Positions 10,949-21,300 are shown, counted from the first letter of the stretch. The stretch: 46,777 bases of DNA from a candidate division FCPU426 bacterium (GCA_031365225.1 JANLXT010000059.1:1-46777); one strand, 5' to 3'. Numbers and translations: made by a program. Notes: generated by a model from the letters alone, not told the origin.

Positions 10949-12772
10949 ATGCGATCCACTAAGTTCTTTACACTTATTTTTATCCTCTTGGCCGGGACTC
11001 TCTCGGCCAAAGAGCATCCAGTCAAAGCCAGTCTTGTCAGCTATAGCAAAGGATTCATGCCGGGGCAGGCGCTCACGGTCTCCCTGCGTTTAGAGCAGGC
11101 GCCTGGGTGGCATACCTATTGGCGTGATCCAGGCGACGCGGGCATGCCCACCGAATTTCAATGGACGCTACCCGCAGGTGTGAGCGCGGGGCCTGTCCTG
11201 TGGCCCCGGCCGATGACCTTCAAGGATGGCAGTGGCATGGTGGGTTACGGCTACGCCAAGCAGGCGCTGCTCTTGACGGTGCTGCAGGTGCCCGAAGATT
11301 ACGAAAGCTCACAGTTGACGCTCAAGGCGCAGGCCAGTTGGTTGGTGTGCCGTGAGGTTTGCATCCCTGGCAACGCGGGGGTCAGTTTAGAACTGTTGCG
11401 AGTCGAGAGCGGCGAGCTCTCAACTCACGCGCCACTTTTTAAGGCGGTCTTAGCGACCTTGGGCCAGGATCCCGCAGGCTACAAGTCGCCAAAGGGTGGC
11501 TGGTCCGACAACGACCCCAATGGGCCCCAAGCGAACGCGCCTGTCTACGGATTGGGGTGGATGCTTGTCTTGGCTTTTGTCGGTGGCTTGTTGCTCAATC
11601 TCATGCCCTGTGTGTTGCCAGTGCTATCGTTGAAGGCGCTGTCTTTGGTGGAGCAAGCGGGGGAGTCACGCCGGCAGGGGCTCAAGCTTTCGGCGGCATT
11701 CACTGCCGGGGTCTTGATCTGTTTTTGGGGCCTGGGTCTGGCGGTCTTGGGGCTTAAAGCGGGTGGCTCGGCAGTTGGCTGGGGCTTTCAGTTTCAGAGC
11801 CCAGGTTTTGTTGTTTTTATGGCTGCGCTGATCTTGGTGCTGGCGCTCAATCTTTTTGGCGTTTTTGAGATCACCTTGCCTGGCAATGCCACGCAGGGGC
11901 TGTCAAAGGGCGCGCGACGCCCCGGCTTGGCAGGCGCGTTTGGGCATGGCCTGGTCATCACGTTGTTGGCGACGCCTTGCAGCGCGCCCTTTTTAGGCAC
12001 CGCGGTGGGTTTTGCGTTCACCCAAAGTCCCGTGGTCTTGTTGGCGATCTTCACATCGGTAGGCCTTGGCTTAGCGCTCCCATTCGCGGTGCTGGGTGCT
12101 TGGCCTGCCGCGCACGCATGGCTGCCCAAGCCCGGCAAGTGGATGCTGCGTTTTAAAGAAGCGATGGGCTTCTTTTTGCTGGCGACGCTGGTATGGCTGC
12201 TGTGGGTCTTGTCAAAATTAAGCGGCACCGATGGCAGCGGCGCGGCCATGCTATTTTTAGTGATCCTGGCGTTCGCGGCGTGGGCCTGGGGTCATTGGGG
12301 CGCCTTGCATGCCCCGCCCGCTCAGCGAGCCTGGGTGGCGGTCGCGTTGGCCCTGATGCTTGGATTGGCGGGCGCAAAAACCTTGCCGCGCGCCAGTCGC
12401 ATGGATACTAGCATTGGGGCGTCGGTTGTCGAAGGCTGGAGCGCCTGGGATCTGGCTGAAGTCGAAAAACAATGGAAAGCCGGCCGAGTGGTCTTGGTGG
12501 ATTACACTGCCGATTGGTGCTGGACCTGCAAGGTCAACGAGAAAGCGGTGCTTGGCAATCAAATGGTGATCCAGGCGCTTGACGAGGCCAAGGCCCTAAA
12601 ATTTCGCGCGGACTGGACTCGCCGGGACCCCGCCATCACACGTTCTTTAGAAGGCTTCGACCGATCGGGTGTGCCGCTTTATGTGGTGTATCGCCCGGGC
12701 GAAGCGGCTCCGCGGGTCTTGCCCGAAGTCTTGACCCCAGCGATCGTGATCAAGGCATTGCAGGGCAAGTAG
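10949..12772 (+). CDS. dsbD: DsbD-family thiol:disulfide interchange protein
   Basis: GWHTYWRDPGDAG N-domain, LMPCVLP and TPCSAP membrane Cys motifs, thioredoxin ADWCWTC; an alternative GTG start lies at 10940. Confidence 0.85.
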   Translation: MRSTKFFTLIFILLAGTLSAKEHPVKASLVSYSKGFMPGQALTVSLRLEQAPGWHTYWRDPGDAGMPTEFQWTLPAGVSAGPVLWPRPMTFKDGSGMVGYGYAKQALLLTVLQVPEDYESSQLTLKAQASWLVCREVCIPGNAGVSLELLRVESGELSTHAPLFKAVLATLGQDPAGYKSPKGGWSDNDPNGPQANAPVYGLGWMLVLAFVGGLLLNLMPCVLPVLSLKALSLVEQAGESRRQGLKLSAAFTAGVLICFWGLGLAVLGLKAGGSAVGWGFQFQSPGFVVFMAALILVLALNLFGVFEITLPGNATQGLSKGARRPGLAGAFGHGLVITLLATPCSAPFLGTAVGFAFTQSPVVLLAIFTSVGLGLALPFAVLGAWPAAHAWLPKPGKWMLRFKEAMGFFLLATLVWLLWVLSKLSGTDGSGAAMLFLVILAFAAWAWGHWGALHAPPAQRAWVAVALALMLGLAGAKTLPRASRMDTSIGASVVEGWSAWDLAEVEKQWKAGRVVLVDYTADWCWTCKVNEKAVLGNQMVIQALDEAKALKFRADWTRRDPAITRSLEGFDRSGVPLYVVYRPGEAAPRVLPEVLTPAIVIKALQGK

Positions 12773-12790
12773 TTTTGCTGATTGACGCAT

Positions 12791-12829
12791 AAAAAAAGCC
12801 CCCAGGCTCTGGGGGCTTTTTGTTTTTTT
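12791..12829. terminator. Bidirectional intrinsic terminator
   Basis: AAAAAAAGCCCCCAG-GCT-CTGGGGGCTTTTT between convergent genes. Confidence 0.85.
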
Positions 12830-12837
12830 GAATAAGC

Positions 12838-13833
12838 TTAAGCCGCCAAAAACTTCCTCAATTTTGCCAGCTTGTCTGGTTCGGCGATGATGACCAAAGT
12901 ATCTTCGGCCTTCAAGCGATAATCGGGCACAAGGTTGTAGATAAAATCTTTGCCGCCATCACGGATCGCGATGGGGCTGAGACCAAACTGCTTTAAGAGC
13001 TCGAGCGACCCGATGGTCTTGCCCACGGCGTGACTGCCCTTGGTCACCGTGGCCTCTTCAAATCGCACACCCTTGCTGCTACGTATCATGGTGTCTAAAA
13101 AAGTCACGACATTGGGGCGCACCAGCTCGCTGGCCATGCGCAGACCACCGATCACCGTCGGCAAGACCACCGCGTCGGCGCCGGCGCGCTGCAACTTGGC
13201 GCGGCTGTTTTCGTGGACGACTTTGGCCACCACGCGTATTTTTGGGTTGAGCTCTTTGGCGGTTAGCGCCAAAAACAAGTTGAGCTCGTCGCTGTCCAGG
13301 CAGGCCGCCAGCCCCGCGGCCTTTTCGATACCCGCGCGCTGAAGCACCGTGTCGTCGGTGGCGTCGCCACTGATGTGAGGGTGCTCGCTCATCCCGTGGG
13401 TCTCAAGGCGATTGAGGTCGCGATCCACCACCACAAACGCGGCTTTGTTTTTGATCAATTCAGCGACGACATGGCGGCCGTTGTTGCCAGCGCCACACAC
13501 GATAAAATGCCCTTTCATCTTTTTGATCTGGCTATCGACTTTTCGTACGCGCAATAGTTTTTGCAAGTGACCCTCCACGACAAATGCTGTCAGTTCTAAA
13601 ACGGTGTAAGAGATGACGCCTAAGCCCGTGATGACCAAAAAAATCACGTAAATCTTGCCTACGTCATCTTTAGGGGTAAAGTCCCCGTAACCCACGGTGC
13701 CCAGGGTCACGATGGTCGTATAAAAACTATCTAACCAACTCCAGCCTTCGATCAGGTGAAACCCCGTGGCGCCCAAGACTGTCAGCAACACGATGGTCCC
13801 GATCAGGCCTCCGATCTTTTTTCTAATATCCAT
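12838..13833 (-). CDS. Potassium channel with RCK (TrkA-N/TrkA-C) domains
   Basis: Two TM helices with the TVGYGD selectivity filter, CGAGNNG Rossmann motif, TrkA-C tail. Confidence 0.93.
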   Translation of the reverse strand: MDIRKKIGGLIGTIVLLTVLGATGFHLIEGWSWLDSFYTTIVTLGTVGYGDFTPKDDVGKIYVIFLVITGLGVISYTVLELTAFVVEGHLQKLLRVRKVDSQIKKMKGHFIVCGAGNNGRHVVAELIKNKAAFVVVDRDLNRLETHGMSEHPHISGDATDDTVLQRAGIEKAAGLAACLDSDELNLFLALTAKELNPKIRVVAKVVHENSRAKLQRAGADAVVLPTVIGGLRMASELVRPNVVTFLDTMIRSSKGVRFEEATVTKGSHAVGKTIGSLELLKQFGLSPIAIRDGGKDFIYNLVPDYRLKAEDTLVIIAEPDKLAKLRKFLAA

Positions 13834-13902
13834 GCTGGCCCCGCCTCTAAAAGGTCTTAAAAGTGGGCCATTATAGCCCTAGGCATGGGCCCAGCGCCAC
13901 CC

Positions 13903-13931
13903 TTGACCCAAGCCCTAAAAATGGCTATAAA
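13903..13931 (+). promoter_or_regulatory. Promoter of tRNA-Asn
   Basis: TTGACC (13903-13908), 17-nt spacer, TATAAA (13926-13931). Confidence 0.6.
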
Positions 13932-13969
13932 ATCAGTCCCCCATCACGATAAAATGATGGCGGACGCGG

Positions 13970-14044
13970 TCCCTGATAGCTCAATGGTGGAGCATTCGAC
14001 TGTTAATCGAAGGGTTCCTGGTTCGAGTCCAGGTCAGGGAGCCA
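13970..14044 (+). tRNA. tRNA-Asn (anticodon GTT)
   Basis: Acceptor TCCCTGA/TCAGGGA plus G-CCA, D-arm GCTC/GAGC, anticodon arm TTCGA-CTGTTAA-TCGAA, T-arm CCTGG-TTCGAGT-CCAGG. Confidence 0.97.
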
Positions 14045-15573
14045 ATCTGTGACAATAGGAGAACTTCGTGCAAACGGGGTTCTCCTTTGTCATTTTTAAG
14101 GGGTAGGGTGTATTCGATCTCGACCTGGGGCAGGCTGACGGTGATGCGTTTGACGAATGAGCGGATCAAGGCTTTGGTCTGAGACAGGCTGCCCTGTGCC
14201 AAGAGTTCTTTTAGCGCCCAGACGCGGTCTCGGATCTGAGTGGCGGTGTATTGCGAAGGGGCATGCTGGTATACCGCTAATTCACGCTGCTTGGGCAGCA
14301 GCGCCTCGATTTCTTCGTTAAGGCCGCTCAGGCGTGGTCTGACTTCGCCAGGTTCCATTTGACTGGTCTCGAGTAGATCCATGAGTTTTGCCTTGCGGTT
14401 GTTTAGGTCCTGCATTTTTCCAGCCAGAGCGTCCTTTTCTTTTTCCCAAGTTGCCATATGTTCTTGATCGCGAATACGCAACAATTCTACGAGCTCTAAC
14501 AGGTTTTCTGGTGTTAGGACGTCCTCTTTCAGGCATTCGAGCACGGCTGTCTCAAATTTCTCTTTGGGCACTGGTAACGACCGGCATGCAGCGCTGCCCT
14601 TGGTCTTGTGGGCGCTGCATCCATAGTACTTATAGGTACCACCCTTGCCGGTGGCGGAAGTCATGGTCGCGCCGCATTCTGCACAACGCACCAATCCTGA
14701 TAAAAGATAAGGGCTTGCAACGCTGCGGGGGCTAAATTCTTTGGGCCTTCGATCGCCGAAGGTGGCCTTGATGGTCCGGTGCTGTTCCAAGCTTATGTAG
14801 GCAGCATGTGTGTCAGGGACCAAAGTGGGCTCGTGCTTGCTCAAGGTCCTGTTGTAGACGGTGTTGCCAGTGTACATAGAATTATTGAGAACACTGTAGA
14901 TGCTGGTCTTGCCCCATAGCTTTCCGCTCGCAGTCAGGAGACGAGCACCATTGAGAATTTTTGCGATCTCCATCCCGCCATGGCCCTGAAAAGAAAGGTC
15001 AAATATTTTTCGAACGGTGGATTCATGGACGGGGTCGATCACTAGCCTGCTGTGCTCCGTTTGGCCCTCTTTTACTTTGATGGCCTTGTACCCAAGCGGG
15101 GCTCTACCACCATAAAAGTAGCCTCGTTGGGCGGCTTCTTTCATCCCGCGCCGGGTGTCTTGAGCCAAATTGTCCGAATAGAACTCATCCATGCTCTCGA
15201 TTATGCCTTCAAGGAGCCTTCCTGACGGCGAGTCCTCGACTTTCTCGTTCAACGAAAAGACCTGAACGCCAGCCTTCCGCAACAATGATTTGTAGACGAT
15301 AGAATCTTCGCGATTCCGCGCAAAACGCGAGAATTTCCAAACGATGATGACATCCACGATCTTGGGCTTCTGCTTTGCCAGCGTGATCATGTTCTTAAAA
15401 TCTGGCCTACGGGTGGTCTTGCCGCTCAAGGCCTCATCGACGAACTCTTGCACGACCTGCCAGCCAGATTTTTCAGCATGTTCACGCATGGCCCTAAGCT
15501 GGCTGGGAATGGACAGGTCTTTTTCAGCCTGCTGATCGGACGAAACTCGGGCATAAAGGACGGCGCGCATCAT
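13981..15573 (-). CDS. Large serine recombinase (integrase)
   Basis: YARVSS catalytic Ser, SRFARN, recombinase domain, YLLSGLVRCAECG..YYGC..C zinc ribbon, coiled coil; 3' end overlaps the tRNA antisense. Confidence 0.93.
   Translation of the reverse strand: MMRAVLYARVSSDQQAEKDLSIPSQLRAMREHAEKSGWQVVQEFVDEALSGKTTRRPDFKNMITLAKQKPKIVDVIIVWKFSRFARNREDSIVYKSLLRKAGVQVFSLNEKVEDSPSGRLLEGIIESMDEFYSDNLAQDTRRGMKEAAQRGYFYGGRAPLGYKAIKVKEGQTEHSRLVIDPVHESTVRKIFDLSFQGHGGMEIAKILNGARLLTASGKLWGKTSIYSVLNNSMYTGNTVYNRTLSKHEPTLVPDTHAAYISLEQHRTIKATFGDRRPKEFSPRSVASPYLLSGLVRCAECGATMTSATGKGGTYKYYGCSAHKTKGSAACRSLPVPKEKFETAVLECLKEDVLTPENLLELVELLRIRDQEHMATWEKEKDALAGKMQDLNNRKAKLMDLLETSQMEPGEVRPRLSGLNEEIEALLPKQRELAVYQHAPSQYTATQIRDRVWALKELLAQGSLSQTKALIRSFVKRITVSLPQVEIEYTLPLKNDKGEPRLHEVLLLSQIGSLTWTRTRNPSINSRMLHH
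14034..14091 (+). repeat. Left att direct repeat (58 bp)
   Basis: TCAGGGAGCCAATCTGTGACAATAGGAGAACTTCGTGCAAACGGGGTTCTCCTTTGTC, identical to 36970-37027. Confidence 0.92.
14051..14097 (+). terminator. Putative tRNA terminator hairpin inside the att repeat
   Basis: GACAA.AGGAGAAC.../...GTTCTCCT.TTGTC stem with GCAA loop, followed by ATTTTT in this copy only. Confidence 0.55.
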
Positions 15574-15983
15574 GGCTTTTTTCTCTTTTTGGGTTTTTCA
15601 GGTTTTCGGTAGGTGCGGGTCTTCAAGTCCCAGCCGTCGATGTTGATCTCGTCAAATGGCTTTTGGGCATATTTGACAACTTTTAAGATGCTCTGGCGCA
15701 TCTCGGGGGTCAGGCGTTGATAGTACTTGAGCAACTCTTCAACCTCTTGCCTTGGCACCATGATTTTGACGCCCAGCTTGTTTTCTTTTTCAAAGAGGTA
15801 ATCGGGGGTCACTCCCAGCACCTCTGCTATCAGGGCCAGTGACTTGGCATTGACCGTTTCCATCTTTCCTTTCTCTAGGCGTGAGATGGTGGCCTGAGTC
15901 AAACCGCAAGAATCCGCCAACACAAATTGGGGCATCTGCAATTGAGTTCGTAGACGTTTGATCACTTCCCCGATCTTCGCCAT
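15570..15983 (-). CDS. XRE-family HTH repressor
   Basis: IKRLR..Q..LA..GLTQATISRLEKG HTH; its stop overlaps the recombinase start (ATGA). Confidence 0.88.
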   Translation of the reverse strand: MAKIGEVIKRLRTQLQMPQFVLADSCGLTQATISRLEKGKMETVNAKSLALIAEVLGVTPDYLFEKENKLGVKIMVPRQEVEELLKYYQRLTPEMRQSILKVVKYAQKPFDEINIDGWDLKTRTYRKPEKPKKRKKP

Positions 15984-16066
15984 TTATCCCCCTGAAGTAT
16001 GGCTTGACATTTATACTCTAATGTATAATTAATACGTTAGCTGTATACATAGATTAGGGGGAAGCC

Positions 16067-16315
16067 GTGCGTAATTCAAGCAGATTCACAAACCGTTTTT
16101 TGGGTGGTTTAGGGCCCATGGCTGTCCAGCCTGCTAGGCGAGCGGCACCCTTTCGCGCCCAAGTGGCCCGCTATTATGCAGCATGTCGGCACGCCCTTCT
16201 TGCGGCGCTGCCTAGAACGCCAGCCCAAGAGACCTTGAGAAAGAGCGGGTTGACTATTTTGGCCGAACTGCTCGCAAAGAGCTTTGAGGCATCGCCACCA
16301 CCCACGGAGAGCTAA
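16067..16315 (+). CDS. Small hypothetical protein divergent from the XRE repressor
   Basis: AGGGGGA SD before GTG; ends 2 nt before the next ATG. Confidence 0.5.
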   Translation: MRNSSRFTNRFLGGLGPMAVQPARRAAPFRAQVARYYAACRHALLAALPRTPAQETLRKSGLTILAELLAKSFEASPPPTES

Positions 16316-16317
16316 TC

Positions 16318-17172
16318 ATGCCTAAAAAGGAAGAACGCAATTGGTATACCAACCCAGAAGATTTTATTGAGCTTCAAGAGAGGGCCGGGCGGGGCGAATT
16401 GGCGGCCATGCGCAAGGTGGCTTTGGAATATGTCACGGGAAGCTGGTATGGGGATCGCCCCGAAAAGGCGCGGGAGCTATACCTTCGCATCGCCGCCCAC
16501 CCTAAGGCGCAGGCCCAGGAGCGTCAGGCGTTGGCTAAAGCTGGATCCGGCGAGCTGAAGGCTATTCTCGATTTGGCCGAAGGGTACATGTTTGGCGCCT
16601 TTCGCGCTCCTGACGTACCCAAGGGAATTGTTTGGTACAAGCGAGCCGTTAAAATGAAGTCCGCAAAAGCGGCTTACGAGCTTTCCAATATCTATTCGGT
16701 CCTCACTCATTTTCCGGACTACTGTAACGGTGAAACGGAATTCAAGTACCTGAAGATCGCGGCCGACCTAGGGCATATTGAAGCGATGGCCGAAGTGGCG
16801 GACAAGCTTCTAAGGCCAGTCGTCCCTTTGCATCGGTTTATGACCGCTATGCGCTACGCCAGCAAGGCCAGCAAGGTAGGCAATCGCCGCGCGATTCAGG
16901 TATTAGGACAAAACCTGATTTACTATAAGGGTCGGTATCAAAAAGACGCCTACCGCTGCGCAGTCAAGTGCGCCAAGTGGGGCGAACCCTGGGCATTTAG
17001 GTACGCATTCTTAGCTTATCGAAATGGATTTGGGGTGCGAAAAAATAAAAAAATGGCCCTTAAATTTCAGCCCAGAGATAAAGAAAAGAGGGAACAACTG
17101 ATTAAACTGGGGATACATGATTCGATTTCACTCAAGCACGATGGGGGTTTGCGAGCCTATATGGGGTTTTAA
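16318..17172 (+). CDS. Sel1-like repeat protein
   Basis: Repeated A..LA..Y..G and WY..A / AA..G..EA helical hairpin patterns. Confidence 0.75.
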   Translation: MPKKEERNWYTNPEDFIELQERAGRGELAAMRKVALEYVTGSWYGDRPEKARELYLRIAAHPKAQAQERQALAKAGSGELKAILDLAEGYMFGAFRAPDVPKGIVWYKRAVKMKSAKAAYELSNIYSVLTHFPDYCNGETEFKYLKIAADLGHIEAMAEVADKLLRPVVPLHRFMTAMRYASKASKVGNRRAIQVLGQNLIYYKGRYQKDAYRCAVKCAKWGEPWAFRYAFLAYRNGFGVRKNKKMALKFQPRDKEKREQLIKLGIHDSISLKHDGGLRAYMGF

Positions 17173-17221
17173 TCATAAATGGGCCATTTTATTCAGTCGA
17201 AATACGAATAAACCCACGATT

Positions 17222-17263
17222 TGAATAGAGCCTAGGCAGCGCTATCTACCTAGGCTCTATTCA
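17222..17263. terminator. Hairpin between convergent genes
   Basis: 15-bp perfect inverted repeat TGAATAGAGCCTAGG...CCTAGGCTCTATTCA. Confidence 0.65.
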
Positions 17264-17278
17264 TTGGCCTCAAAAGTT

Positions 17279-17818
17279 TTATTTTGAATTGGATTTTTTC
17301 CAGGCATTCACAAATTCTAGGACCATCGCCCTGACTTGAGCACGGACGTCGCTAGAGTCAATTTTTCGATTTAGTACACCAACTGTTCCCACGGCCCCCT
17401 TTTTCTTAGTCATCCACGTGATTCCCAAAGTCTTGATCGAGGGATCGCGATCAAGGGTTGCCCCCTGAAACAACATCGCGCTTGCATCTATATTTGCGGA
17501 TCCCTTGTCGCCCATTGTTAACACAGCGATGACAACGAACTGAGTGGGCGCAGTGGCCTTGTCGAGCTCGGCAAGGGTAAGGATCTTAAATCCTTCATCA
17601 CGGAGCTTACCCTCAATATCCGAATGCTTGATATCGTCCTGTAGCTGATCATAAGAGCTCTTAAATTGGTTGATGACCTGAACCCTTACACCCAACTCGG
17701 ATAGGTTCTTTAGGGACAAGATAGCAGGATCTGCTTTGGCATTGTCGGCTTTTGCTGTTACGGCCATGCTGAGGATGATGGCTAAAATTGCGATGAATGT
17801 TGGAATCTTGCGCTGCAT
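17279..17818 (-). CDS. Hypothetical exported protein
   Basis: AGGAGGGAG SD, signal peptide ending AKA, 179-aa alpha/beta body. Confidence 0.75.
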   Translation of the reverse strand: MQRKIPTFIAILAIILSMAVTAKADNAKADPAILSLKNLSELGVRVQVINQFKSSYDQLQDDIKHSDIEGKLRDEGFKILTLAELDKATAPTQFVVIAVLTMGDKGSANIDASAMLFQGATLDRDPSIKTLGITWMTKKKGAVGTVGVLNRKIDSSDVRAQVRAMVLEFVNAWKKSNSK

Positions 17819-17881
17819 GCTCCCTCCTGATTGATTGTTTGGGCTCGTGGCCCCATTTTTGTCTGACCCTTAGTGAAAGAT

Positions 17882-17920
17882 GACTATAGTCCGAAAGACT
17901 ATTGTCCGTCGACTATTGTC
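17882..17920 (+). promoter_or_regulatory. Three C-box-like operator repeats
   Basis: GACTATAGTC (17882), GACTATTGTC (17897), GACTATTGTC (17911) upstream of an XRE gene. Confidence 0.7.
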
Positions 17921-17958
17921 TTCGCCAAAACTACCCTCTTTAAACAGGAGGGAAGCCA

Positions 17959-18195
17959 GTGCAGCCAGAAAAAGCGTTCGGCCTTGTGTTAGCTGAAACA
18001 CGCAAGAAAAGAGGCGTTTCTCAAGAAGAGCTCGCAGAGATCGCGGGACTGGACCGCACTTTTATCTCGTTGCTTGAGCGAGGCAAGCGTCAGCCGTCCT
18101 TGACCAGCATGCTGACTTTGGCAAAAGCTTTGAATATCAAACCAGATAAGTTGTTGTTAGCAGTGACTAAGCTCTTGGACAAGCGCGCGGCTTGA
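17959..18195 (+). CDS. XRE HTH protein resembling restriction-modification controller (C) proteins
   Basis: FG..L...R...G.SQE.LA..AGLDRTFISLLERGKRQPSL; AGGAGG SD before GTG. Confidence 0.88.
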   Translation: MQPEKAFGLVLAETRKKRGVSQEELAEIAGLDRTFISLLERGKRQPSLTSMLTLAKALNIKPDKLLLAVTKLLDKRAA

Positions 18196-18362
18196 TCTGT
18201 CGGGGAAACTATTTTGAATTTGCGGGATAAAATCTGTCTCACAATTGCTCGTGTGCCACATCGCGGTCCTTTCCCATTGACTTAAAGTTTCGTACCACAA
18301 AACTTGTTTTCTTAAAGTCTTTGTAATTATGTTGCTCAATTTATCTCTATGTGCGCTAATCA

Positions 18363-21300
18363 TTGCCAAGTCAAATTTGCCACGGGGACTCAGTGAAATT
18401 AATTTCGAAAACGCATTTATGGCATCAAACAATTAGATCGATTGCTACTTTGGTGCGTGATGCCGTTTGTCCAATTATTAATACGTCAAAATGCTTCTTG
18501 CTCGGCATCTTTCTTCTAAGCTCCTCCGCCCACGCCATCGATTGGCCTTTTTTCAAAGCTGATGCTGCACGTAGTGGGACCACGACGGACACCGTCCTTG
18601 GCCCTGGCCTTGAGCTCAAGTGGATGGGCAAGGCAGGCGATGCTGGCATCGTCAGTTATTCGTCCCCGATTGTTGCGGGCGACCAGGCCTTTATCTCCCA
18701 TAGCAATGGCCTCGTGACCGCGTTTGACCTTAGCCCCAACTTTGCGGTTCAAAGCGACGGCAGTGCTTTGCCCACGTTCTATGCACCCACCAAAAGTGCG
18801 GCCAAGGCCTGGCAATTCAGGACCAATGGATCGGTGTATTCGAGCCCGGCGTTTGCGGTGTCAAATTTTGTACGGCGAGTTTTTGTCGGGACAACGTCGG
18901 GTACGGTCTATGCGCTTAAAGCCAATGCGGTGGATCCGCAGGGCGAACAGCTTTGGCGAGCAGACCTAGGCGGCGCTTTCTTTGCCTCGCCCATCGTTGC
19001 GGATGTGACAGGTGTTGGTCCAACGCTCTTTGTGGCGGCAGTCACGGGGGATGTCTATGCGCTCAACGCAATTGATGGCAGCGTGCGTTGGAAGATCGCC
19101 ATGCCAGGTCAAGTGCTTGCCTCGCCGGTGTTTGACACGCCCAAGCAGCGGCTCTATCTCGTCGACATGCGTGGCAACATCAGGGCGTTTGTAGCGAGCA
19201 CTGGTGGGGTGTTATGGAACCGTGGTTCACAAAATAGCTTTCATGCAACTCCTGCTCTACAAGGGGATGTTCTCTATGTTGTTGGCAGAAATGGCATTGT
19301 TCGCTCGATTGATGCTAGCGCCCTCATTTATCCCGCAGAACGAAATATCTTCAGCACCCTCACGCTACCCACAGGGATAGTCTCTTCGCCAGCAATCACA
19401 AGCTATTTAGGCAAGCCTCGATTGCTGGTCCTAACCCATGACGGCACACTTCGAGCCATTGACGCCAATGTTGGCGGCGGTGGTTTGACTGCGGCTTGGA
19501 CATTGGCCCCTAAAATTGTAGACGCAGGCGGAACCGCGAGTGTGAGTATCGCTGGTACTCGAGCCTATGTGGGCACGCAAGATGGTACCTTGCGCATGAT
19601 CGATGTCGCTGATGGAGCGGTACGCTTTGAGCAAAAATTAGCAGGCGGTGCCGAGATCGCGCCTGCAGTGGCGCAAAGCAGTTTGCTTGTGGCAAGCAAC
19701 GATGGCGCATTGCGGGCCTATGGCATGCCGATCAGTAGCATCCGGGTCTCTGGTCAATCAACGGTAGCGGCAGGGTTGTCTAATTCTTATGTCTTCGAAG
19801 CCCTCGACGCAGCAGGCAATGTGGTCCCAACAGCGGCGGGCCCCGCGTCGGTTACGACGAGCCTTTTGCCGGGCCAGAATCAGTTGCAAGTCGTGTCCAC
19901 GGGCCCGCTCAACGCAGGCCGGGGAACGATGACACTTGTGCGTAGCCCTGGCAACTATTTGGTCAAGGTCAGTGTGGTGGTTGCGGGCAAGACGTACATA
20001 GGGGCTTTGACGGTGCTCTTTGTTGGCGCGAGCCCAACACCTACGCCTTCGCCATCGATAACGCCTAGCGATACCCTGACGCCAACGGCCACCGCGACTG
20101 CGACTGAGTCGGTGACGCCAACGCTCACTCAAACGAGCACCTTCACGACCACCGAGACGGTGTCCGCTACTTACACCAGCACGCCGACTGCAACCTCGAC
20201 GTCCGTGCCCACGCCCGGGACTGATAACGGTTTTACTTATTATTGGTTCATCAAAGTTCAGAATCGGACCGGACTGACCTATGACAACACCACGGTTCAG
20301 CTTTCGGATGGAACGGGATTCGTGGATTTAGCTTCGCGCATCGCCGATAACAAAATCGAGAGCGATGGCAGTGACATACGTATTGTGGATGACCAAGGGG
20401 TGCAGGTACCGTTTGATTTGGTCAACGACCCCAACCACACAAATGCGATCTTGCGATTTAAGGTCAGCCATCTGGATCCAAGCCAAGAAAAAATCTATCG
20501 CATGGATTTTGGAAAACCCGGGGTCGGTTTCCCCGCAGGATATGGGACCACCGCTTATCTCGAGCAAGTCTATGGTATCGCCGATAGCTTTGAGGGAACC
20601 GCGATTGAAGGGGCTAAGTGGACCGTGAATTCTGGTGCACCGGTAGTCGGGGGCGGCCAACTGTCCGTCGATTTGCCCTTTGACATTCAGACGCTGGCGA
20701 CGCTGGACACTTCGTATGGTGGCCGCTATGAATTCACCGGCAATGGCGGAAATAGTGAACCGTATTTGGGTGGTCAATTTAATTGGCAGATGTTGCAAGA
20801 CAGCTCCCATTACGTAAGGGGGTATAGAAACCGTCTTTCGGGCATTGGCTTTGAAGTGAGCAACCTTGTTAATCAGATGCTCCCGGCGCAACCGCCAACA
20901 CCCTTTGGCGGCATTGTCAAATGGGCGGTTATCAGCAATGGCGGGCGTTATGGTGTCACTAAGGATGATGGGGCCAATGATTTCTATTGGGGCGTCTTTG
21001 TCAACCGGCCAAATCCTTTAGTCATCGGCCAGACTAAATTCAGCGCTTTCGGTACATTAGATGCCGGTGTCTCGGCAACAGCAATATTCCAAAAAATAGT
21101 AGCTTATGCGGTTCGTGATAACGGGCCGACCGCCACGTTGTTGGGCGACCACCCCGTTATTTTTGATGGTCCAGTGACCAATGATCCGGTGCCTGAGACA
21201 CATTGGAATCAAGCTTCGCACGAAGAGAAGCTTCCACTTGTACAGGTACCAACCAATCAGGTGGTCCTCAAAGGGTTCCCGCGTCCAAGTGATCTGCTTG

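Noticed and set aside
16004-16029. Perfect TTGACA and TATAAT hexamers
   Set aside because: The spacer is only 14 nt, too short for one sigma70 promoter; not called as a feature
17882-17920. Short repeats as a CRISPR array or iterons
   Set aside because: 10-bp units with 4-5 nt gaps, no cas or rep gene; they fit operator boxes better
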